This document shows, in pieces, positions 55,425-64,000 of a DNA stretch of 64,000 nucleotides (within the stretch, counting starts at the first letter, position 1; each line of letters starts with the position of its first letter). The stretch is taken from the NCBI GenBank assembly GCA_025786725.1, contig JAHLTZ010000051.1, positions 1 through 64,000 on the forward strand, given 5' to 3'. Source of the stretch: Syncephalis fuscata S228. Its lineage: Eukaryota > Fungi > Zoopagomycota. The notes under the pieces are model-generated. The model was not told the DNA's origin. It did not search any database and saw only the letters and a list, made by a program, of their open reading frames with translations. The position numbers and the translations under genes are program-made.

Positions 55425-56080
55425 TTATCCATCTTGGTGGAAGTGCAATTCGTTCAGTTCATTGTCCACCAAATTTAATTTTTTTAATTTTGCGCAGTTA
55501 TCAAATTCAGCTCAAATAAGGTTACATTCTTGGGCATAAGCTTCTTTTAGTCTAGTCAAATTAAAGCAAAACAGCTGTTCTATCATATCCATATAACAAT
55601 ATAGCTTTTCTAGATTGGGAAAGTCTTTAACATTCAAAGCTCTAAGGTTATTGTTATTACAATAAAAAGTTTTCAATCCTTTGCAATTGGCTATCTCTAA
55701 CTCTTTTAACCAATTAAAAAAAACATAGATGCGCTCTAATTTGGAAAAATTATTGAGTTTCAATGCTTCAATCTCGTTGTTGCAGCCTTGGATATTGACT
55801 AGATTAGGGCAATTCTCAATGATGACACCACTCAATCCGCAGCCATCAAATTTAACAACCTTTAAGTTGGGACAATTTTTGATGACTAGTGTTTTGCCCT
55901 TTCATCCTTTATCATTGTCGTCCAAGCATATACAGTCTCCCTCTTATCCATCAGATTCATTTTGAACAGCCTTTATGTTTTGATACTGCTCTTCTATTTA
56001 TACTACATTTCTCTTTTGGTTCTTAATGATATCAGTAACCTCTTTCAAATAAGCTTCATAAGACCTGCGAACTTCGCCGG
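55425..56080 (-). pseudogene. Decayed intronless leucine-rich-repeat gene
   Basis: Repeats NCPNLVNIQGCNNEIEAL, NCKGLKTFYCNNNNLRAL, DFPNLEKLYC; the pattern continues in frame past TGA codons at 55904 and 55514; in-frame TAA codons upstream. Confidence 0.8.
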
Positions 56081-57255
56081 AGATACTACTATCTCTTCAA
56101 ATACCTTTCTAACTTTTTTGTAAATTTCGTTTTGTTCTACAATAATAATTGGTGATATGATACATAATCGTGAGCAATAGAAAGAGAGAGCAAATTGTCA
56201 ACCAACGCTCTATCTATAATATAGTTTTAGCATAAAACTGATGCTGCAGTACCAAGAATGTGCGAAAACCGACAGCCATGCCTAAAGTTAACACTGTAAG
56301 GCGAATATTGACTCATTAAAACAGCGTGGAACGGAAAAAGAGCCAGAATGAAATGCTCGAAACTTGATTCTTGAACAATGTTAAATGTTCACTTTGTCTG
56401 GTTTTATTGCAGTGCGCCTCATATTATTAAAATACAGTAACAAGTATAAACATATGTAAATGTATAGAATATGAATAGAAATAATTTACATACTTTCTAT
56501 TATTAGTAAAATCTAACTAGTTATATGGCAGTTCTCCATGTAGGCAAAAAATAGCATTTGAAATATGACAAAAAGTGTATAATTTAGTGTGGGAAAATTA
56601 GAAAATTATAGTTACCAAATATGGTAATGGCACAAGTAAAAAACAGCTATTACAACTACACTCTGCAACCTGGCGCTTTAAATAATAAGCGTATACTATC
56701 CATTGGCTTTTTAGTACTTTTATTCAATAAAATATGGTGCTCAACACCAGTTTAAACAAAAAATGTCTTTTATCGTTTCAGTCTTATTAACATTTGTGTA
56801 ACACTTTGGAGTACTTGCCTCATCACGCCATTGGACGCACAGTCGGTCCAGTGCATTTTTCTTTTGCCGTCGCAGCTAGAGGGTAGCACAGCAGATTTTT
56901 TGGCTATTGCTCATCAACGACCAATGGCAATACGACGATGTTTAGTAGAATGGGCAATAGAGATATGGCATTCTCATTGGGGCGATAGATAAAATATGAA
57001 GATCATCTAGAAAAAAAACGGTGTATGTATCACATATTGTCTTGCCCACGTTGTTCCAACTGAACAAGAATAGAAGCACTTTTGCTACTAGTACCGCTTT
57101 TCCATTTTTCGCACGAACTCTCTATTTAACCGACGTGCTCGTGACCCCACGACCGTTGCAACGTTCGTTTCAACTTTTCCTATTGACACTCGTTTGCTAT
57201 TGTAGTTCACACATACTACTGCTCTACTCCTCCATTACTACTACGCCTGACTCCT

Positions 57256-59411
57256 ATGAGTATACTCCTAGCCCGTTCGCTTGCACTTACTGGACGTCGA
57301 ATTGGAGAACGCGCTGTGCGTGCTTCAGATATACGGGCATCGCCGCCATCGTTCCCAAGTACACATCGCTTATTGTGGACTGGCCAGCAACATCGTCGCA
57401 TCCTACATACGGCCAACGAAACAGTTACGCAGCAACTAAGCCACCGTTCGAGCAATACTCGCCACTCGACTCGCCTATCAAGCACCGCCCTTTACGCTGC
57501 ATTTGGTATCGGTGTAGCGGCTGTTCTACTTGATCCAGAGCCATTATTTTCAAATCGAACCGATGTTATGGCAGAAGCTGCAGATCCTAGCGACCAGGGG
57601 CGTCGTTCGGACGCCAATCTGGCGCTGATACACCGTACATTTGATGAGCGATCCACTGTATCGTTGCTTCGTTCACTACTCATTTATGAGATGTGTGCCT
57701 ATCCACAGCTTGTCTCACTTGCCTCTAAGGTAATCAGCCTTGCCGAACGACTACCGCTACTCAATCTACCGGTACGGTTTGCGGTGCGTGAGACGGCCTT
57801 TCGCCAGTTCTGTGGCGGCGAAACCGTCGAAGAAACGCTACCTTTACTTATCCGTATGCACAGCCAAAATATTACAGGTATTTTGGATTTATCAATTGAG
57901 GCGGACGTTGGCGAAGCCACACGTAATATGTCGGAAGATGCGGCAGCTACAGCTCGTCGCGAACCAGACACGTATTGGCAAACGAACCGACAAGGCCAAG
58001 CAGCGCGTGCTGACCATGTGATGAAGTTGGTGGAGCGCGGAATCCTTGCTGGCAAAGCGGCACCCGGCACGTTTTTCGCCGTTAAATGTACAGCACTTGC
58101 TTCTGATCCTGAGGTGTTTGAGCGATGGAGCGCGGCACTTCGTAATGCTCGGCTAGAATTCGACGAACTTACCGGCCGACCCGTTGAAAAGTCGGCCGCT
58201 ATCGATCCACCCGTTAATCCAAGCGAATTCGACGCTAAACAAATACGCCAGCAGCTAAATGAATATACTATCGATGAATCTGATTTCATTGCACTTGCTT
58301 GGCCTTATTTGTCGACAGATACCGGCTCTGATGTACCAATGAGTGCACCACAGACAGAGCGTCAATTAAAAATGCTTTTTCAGCAACTTGATAGTCAAAA
58401 ACGTGGCCGATTAGACTGGGCCGATTATGTACAACTATTCAACAGTGAACGTCTACGCAGTGGACAAATACGTTTATTACCCGATGAAGCTGACAACTGT
58501 AAAGGATTGAAGCCAGCCTCATCGGCTGACAAAATAAAACAAAACGAGATTTACTGCTGTCTGCATCCAGATACGCAGGTCGAAGTACTTGAAGCACTTG
58601 ATCGTCTTGAACGACTTTGCGATGCATCAATTGCCAAAGAATCGGGCGAAACTTCAGTTCGATTAATGATTGATGCGAACAAAGTTATTTACAGCCGGCC
58701 ATTGCTTACCTTGCTCGTCAAGTGGCCATTAAATATAACAAGTCCGGCGTTGATACGCCGCAGATCTACGACACCTACCAGCTTTATCTTCGTCATGGAT
58801 TAAGACATCTTATTGAAGATATTGTTATGGCCGAACGTAATGGATATCGTTGGGCTGGAAAGCTTGTACGCGGTGCTTATGTGTCGACTGAACGTCGATA
58901 TGCCGAGGAACAAGGTCAACCGAGTGCCATTTGGCCATCAAAGCCAGATACCGATCGTTCGTATGATGCGGGCGCGGCGGTTGCTATCGAGCTAGCCAGC
59001 AATGATGCAGCTCATGTTGTGGTGGCTACCCACAATAACATTTCGGTGGTCAAGGCAGTTCAGCTGATGGAAAAGCTAAATACTGATGGCAGTAGCCAAT
59101 CTCTAAAGCAACGTATTCATTTCGCTCAGCTACTTGGCATGGGCGAATTGATTTCTGCACGTATTACCGAACAAGGCTACCAGTCGGCCAAGTATGTGCC
59201 TTATGGACCGGTCCAGGAAGTTGTGCCATATCTTTTACGTCGTGCCGAGGAGAATGGTGCGATGTTTGTCAGCCCAAGTGCCGCACCCATCGAAGATACT
59301 GAGACGGAGAACTTTGGCGACAATGGCCCAGGTGAAGACCGTAGCGCAGTAATCCATGTTTTGCGCGAACGTCTAGGCTGGCGCCGCTGGGTCGGTCTGC
59401 GTCAAGTGTAA
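57256..59411 (+). CDS. PUT1: Mitochondrial proline dehydrogenase with one apparent frameshift at ~58677
   Basis: Arg/Ser-rich presequence, FRQFCGGE, LMIDA/(E)QSYLQPAI, YQLYLR, KLVRGAY, VATHN, FAQLLGM, KYVPYGPVQEVVPYLLRRAEEN. Confidence 0.95.
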
Positions 59412-59627
59412 TTGTTTACCGCGCAGTAGAACAAACATCTCATTGACTACCAAGCCAACAGTCTCCTTGGCAATTAAAACGTATCCATACTACATCCAGC
59501 TTTATCTTTGTTTATGTATCCAAGAATAGCCAATTACATATAAATAAATTGCTATATCATGTCCATACACTTTATTAAATTGTTCTACATTTTGCTACTT
59601 TACATTAATTACAATTGTTTTTTTATT

Positions 59628-60653
59628 ATGCAATCCACAGTCCGATCTTTAATGGCCGCGCTTCTATTATGCGCTTTGGTCGGTAGTGTCACGGCTGTTG
59701 CCGATACTACCGCATCTGACGCTAAACAGAAGCCAAGCCAGCCACAAGCCTCGAATACGCTTTCCGGCCCATTGGGATCGATCGATATTAGCGGTCTGTA
59801 CATGCCTGTAGGTAGCAGTGTCGCCGGTGACATTATTGTTACAGTGCCTGATGATATTGATGGATCTATTGCTCATCAAATGTTTTCAAAGGAAACAAAA
59901 TTAAATGGCGCAGGAAATGAGCCACGGCCCATCATTCGTGCCATTGTCGATGGCCATGGCAAGGAAGAAGTGACGTCGGAGCATGCTGCGAACGAAGGAG
60001 CCAAATCTAATAGCAAGTCTCAATCGGAACAGGCACAATCTAAGCATGGACAGTCGAATGATAAGCAAGGTAACAATGATAAGCATGCTGAAAATAAACA
60101 TGCTGAAGAGAAGCATACGGAGGAGAAACACGTGGAAGAAAAGCACACTGAAGAGAAGCAATCTCAAGCTGCTGCCAATACAGTAAAGCCCGATGCTGAA
60201 TCTTCAAATACAAAAACACAAGCAGCCAAACAAGCGGCGGCCACATCTACTGCTAACGATAAAGCATCGGCACAGTCGAATAATGATCGCAAAGCACCGT
60301 CAGCTACTAGTGCCACGACTACAGATAAGCCCGACTTGGATAACATTATTCATTCGATGATTCATGAACAAGGTACGGCTGAACCAGCTGCTACTAAAGC
60401 TTCTGAAAAGTCGGCATCCAGTGATAGCAAGTCATCTAATGCCGACCAAGCAACATCAACTGCTTTAGCTTCACATCCAGCGAGTGCTTCAGCTTCATCA
60501 CGTACCATTTCGCCATCGTCATCGCCGCGTCGTAGCATCACCTCGAATCAAATTGATCCAACAGGTGCCGCTAATACGCTTGTTTTTGGTACGGGAGCAC
60601 CTGTAGTTGCAGGATTTGCGCTGTTATGCTCAACGCTTGTCTTTCTATTTTAA
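59628..60653 (+). CDS. Secreted Ser/Thr/Ala-rich, probably GPI-anchored surface protein
   Basis: Signal peptide MQSTVRSLMAALLLCALVGSVTA (likely true start 59628), KH[A/T/V]EE repeats, C-terminal GAA followed by a hydrophobic tail. Confidence 0.8.
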   Translation: MQSTVRSLMAALLLCALVGSVTAVADTTASDAKQKPSQPQASNTLSGPLGSIDISGLYMPVGSSVAGDIIVTVPDDIDGSIAHQMFSKETKLNGAGNEPRPIIRAIVDGHGKEEVTSEHAANEGAKSNSKSQSEQAQSKHGQSNDKQGNNDKHAENKHAEEKHTEEKHVEEKHTEEKQSQAAANTVKPDAESSNTKTQAAKQAAATSTANDKASAQSNNDRKAPSATSATTTDKPDLDNIIHSMIHEQGTAEPAATKASEKSASSDSKSSNADQATSTALASHPASASASSRTISPSSSPRRSITSNQIDPTGAANTLVFGTGAPVVAGFALLCSTLVFLF

Positions 60654-60819
60654 TTGCCAATAAAGACTCAGTGGTCTCTTATTATATTGACCACTTTACT
60701 GCTGATTTGTTCGATAATACTGCTTTTTGGTATCAAATGACATGCTTTATTACATTAATTACTCCACTACTCTTTCTATTATTGCTATTGCATCGATATT
60801 AACTAATTGATTGACAATA

Positions 60820-62225
60820 CATTATGATTTGGGAGTCAAATGGCTAAACTCGATAACATTTGCGCAATTGAACTATGCATTCGTTCTATTAAATATGGGA
60901 CTGGGCGGTGAATGGCATCAGTAATCTAAACACTCATTATTATAGATTTATTATCCAATATTTATTATATTGTATACTGATTAAACATGTAATGAGCGCA
61001 ATCTATTTACAGGTAATATTGTTTGCTACTAGCTTTATTTGTTATATGTATTAATTCATTGTGGTTAATCGTATACGCACAGCTTCACCATTGCTATTCA
61101 TGTTATTTATTTTATCCATTCATTCCGCTTTATACTATTCTATACGCTATTTATAATGTTTTGTTAATAAAACTCGTTTATTTGCTGCTGTTTATATTAT
61201 TTGTAGATTCGACTTGGTTACTTAAACATATATGCACATACGCATGTTATACTTTTGTTACTAATATTTTTATAGATTGTAGAGCATGTAACTGTTGATG
61301 ATAAGGATCAAGTAGCAGCATCTGCCCAAATACACCACAAGCTACAAAGCTAAGCGTGTTAGATCTTGCACTAATTGTTACATTTGAGAACACTGGTGCT
61401 CAGAAAAAAACACTGATGAACAAAACTGTTTAAGCAATGAAGTATGGCAAAAAAGATGAACAGCAAAGAGTTAACAGAGCATATAGCCAATGTAGTCATT
61501 ATACTGACAGTTGTACACGACAGCTGCAGTGGCTATATGTTGGCAAATCACTGTATACTTTAGTTTGCCATAGATTGTCATTACAGTTCGTGCTAACAAC
61601 GGCTTTTACAGCTTCTATAGTAGCAGATCACACTGCCACTGTTGAAATATTAAAGCAGTTGCCAGATGACCCGTAGTGGCAATCTATAGCAAAACATAGC
61701 ATATGCTTAACATAGCATAAAAGCAAGCCAAAAATGTGCTTACTATGCTAATAAAGGTGCCAACATTAATGATCAGAGTGAAAAAGCTGATTTGCAAAAA
61801 GGGTCAGATTACAAAAAAGCGATGCAAGTACATAGTGTAAATAGTGTTTGTACATAACTAGTAGTCATTCAACTACTAACACTATCTAATTGGTATATAT
61901 AGAGTGTACAAGTATATGCAATGGATATATGCTATCAAGTGTAAAGAAAGAGAAAGGGGAATGCGATGACGTAGATTGTGAGCTGTGGAGCCTGTCAGTC
62001 AATATTTATAAACAGCCAAGTTTAATTGATTAATAAATGGAGCGTGAAATAATAAAAGTCAATCCACCCAACATGTCGGTACATCATAGAACAACAAGTG
62101 AAGCAATAATGCATTAAGAATAAAGGTCATTCGCACCCAAAAAACACTCATTATTATAGAACATGTTGTCAGTATAATAGCGAATGTAATAAAAGAATAA
62201 AAGTCATTTGACACCAAAATCATTA
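60820..62225. mobile_element. Degenerate member of the GGGGTCAAATGACT repeat family
   Basis: attatgatttgggagtcaaatggct..gataacatttgcgcaattgaact at 60820 and the inverted gtcatttgacaccaaaatcat at ~62203-62223. Confidence 0.55.
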
Positions 62226-62398
62226 TTATAAGACATATCAATTCTCACCACATTAGAAAACAATGCTTTATATACTAAATAAAAAACTATATATTTATTC
62301 AAATAAACAAACGAGTAATAAACAAACAATATACTGCCATCTAAATATTTAAACGATTAGTATGATGATTTGTTTATTTGTTAGCGATTGCTTACCTT

Positions 62399-64000
62399 TT
62401 ATCTATAATACTTCTTGCCGAGACGGGCCTGACGATGTGGCTGCACCCGCTTCTTAAATACCGGCTGCTGTTGCACTTCTGCAACTGGTACTGCTTCTTC
62501 CTCCAGCGGCGCCTTCACTTCTGTCGCTGGCACTACTTCTTCTGCCAGCGGAGCTTCTACCGCTACCGCTGGCTCAGATGGCATTTTTATTGCACCATCT
62601 ACTACTTGAGCTGAACCTGCGCTTTCAAGCGGTACAGCGGTACCGACTTGTTCTTGTTCTTGCTCTTCATTAAACCAATCGTGGTTTAGTGCTTGATCGG
62701 CGGTATAACGCGTTCTACTATCAATATCCAGTAGACGCTTTACAAGATCGACAGCTGCACAATGTTAGCTATTATTAATAATATGTATTCGACTTACCTT
62801 CATCGCTGGGCCGATCTGTTTCTTGGCCAAAATTGAGAGGCCACGTTAACATATTTTGAATATGATTGACCAGCTCCTTTGATTTGCCATACGGAAAATG
62901 TTCTAATTACATCAATTAATAGTTAGTATAATATGTTTATTTTGTTTGTACTTACGCGTTAACATCGCGTATAGCGTGGTGCCCAAGCTCCACATGTCTA
63001 TGGGCTTGCTGTACCCATTCACATCGAATGGCGGCGATGTCAACCGGCGATGGATAGCTGGAAAGGCTTCCGCACTTTTCAGTATACATCTCCGTTGATT
63101 GCTGTATAGCACCATTTCTGGTGCCATATATGGGATGGTGCCGCAGAAAGCGAGCACCATCGATGGATCTAGCACCTGTGCTGTCCCAAAGTCGGTAAAC
63201 ATGACTCTGGGATAAGCACAGTGTGTCGACAATAAAATATTTTCAGGCTAGCCAAGTGTTAGTAATGGTGTCTAATATTAAATAAATACATTACCTTAAT
63301 ATCTAATCAAACAACAATAGTTAGTAATTACATTAACGAATAAATAAATATACTTACCACCGTGAATAATATTTTTGTCGTGTAAATGCTAATACAATGT
63401 TAGTGTTGTAATTATTAGATTATAGCAATACTTACCTTAATGCCTTTAAGCAACTGTTTAAAAATATGTTTTACTTCCATTTCTGAAAGGGGGGAGTGGC
63501 GCCCAATGTGGCTGCTCAGATCACCGCCTGTCGCGTACTCGATAAACAAGTACGTGTTAAGGTCGGTGAACTCTGCCTTTAATAATTTTACTACATGAGG
63601 GTGGTCCCCCGCCTCATGCAGCGCGCTGACTTCTTTGCTATAGCTTCTGAAGTTGCGATTACGCGGTGAAATTTTGACCGCAACACGTTGTCGTGTGTTG
63701 CGGTTCAATCCTACACGCACCACGCCATACTGTCCCCTATTATACTTGATTAATTAATTAATTATTGCATTCAATTTAATACTTACTGGCCAAGAGTTCC
63801 ATTAAGAATTATATAATGCTGATGAACCTTCTATAGTGGCAATAAATATGTTATTTAACATCCAATTATATTTATAAACTTACTTGTTCATATTCAGCAC
63901 TATCCTCTACTGGTGTGGAACCAGTAAGTTTCAAACTGTGGGCGGTGAAAGTTGCTATATTTTATAATTAAAAACAATAGTAATAAATAGCTAGTACTTA
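62399..64000 (-). CDS. CAMK-group (Mek1/Chk2-like) Ser/Thr kinase, non-RD; 5' end outside the window
   Basis: LGQGQYGVV, VAVK, EYATGGDL, HGDIKPEN (spliced), DFG, CGTIPYMAPE, GYSKPIDMWSLG; many ~50-bp introns. Confidence 0.9.

Larger units (their letters stand above)
48959..56420 (+). mobile_element. Complete ~7.5-kb TIR DNA element carrying a CRN effector, MULE transposase relic and LRR relic
   Basis: Left end GAGGCGTGCTGCAATAAAACCGAACAAAAAGAGCATT versus reverse complement of right end GAGGCGCACTGCAATAAAACCAGACAAAGTGAACATT (30/37 identical); ATAT on both flanks. Confidence 0.78.

Noticed and set aside
8-56420. Starship, Polinton or linear-plasmid interpretation
   Set aside because: No tyrosine-recombinase captain, protein-primed DNA polymerase, integrase or capsid ORF is visible.
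48950-56430. Canonical 9-bp MULE target-site duplication
   Set aside because: Flanks tagtgatat and atattatta do not match; only ATAT is shared, and being palindromic it could also be part of the TIR.
58670-58690. Programmed frameshift in PUT1
   Set aside because: No slippery sequence; single-base deletions are common elsewhere in this assembly.

Overview
Eukaryotic (fungal) DNA with AT-rich intergenic sequence and very short GT-AG introns. The gene set and style suggest an early-diverging fungus, possibly a Zoopagomycota mycoparasite such as Syncephalis (inference only). About 70% of the window is one repeated accessory module. Bases 8-29566 form a giant palindrome (arms ~14.7 kb) and 41511-48866 form a second palindrome (arms ~3.4 kb); both fold around the same ~170-bp spacer. 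The palindrome core carries an intron-containing, decayed 3' fragment of a WDR59/SEA3 (GATOR2) gene. Next to the core is a ~7.5-kb element bounded by terminal inverted repeats (complete copy 48959-56420; GAG...CTC termini, ATAT flanks). It carries a Crinkler (CRN; Ubl header + P-loop NTPase + REase-like) effector gene, a dead MULE/MuDR transposase and a decayed LRR gene. There are three CRN copies: one intact, two with frameshifts that may be sequencing errors. Single-copy genes between and after the modules are a small secreted KEX2-type repeat-peptide precursor (SPDY-RR x2), TUP1, a GHSMGG alpha/beta-hydrolase, a FAF2/UBX-family protein, a 7-TM GPCR-like protein, proline dehydrogenase PUT1, a GPI-anchored protein and a non-RD Mek1/CAMK-like kinase with an 8-nt microexon. 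No rRNA, tRNA or CRISPR arrays were recognised. An amplification or assembly artefact for the palindromes cannot be excluded without reads.
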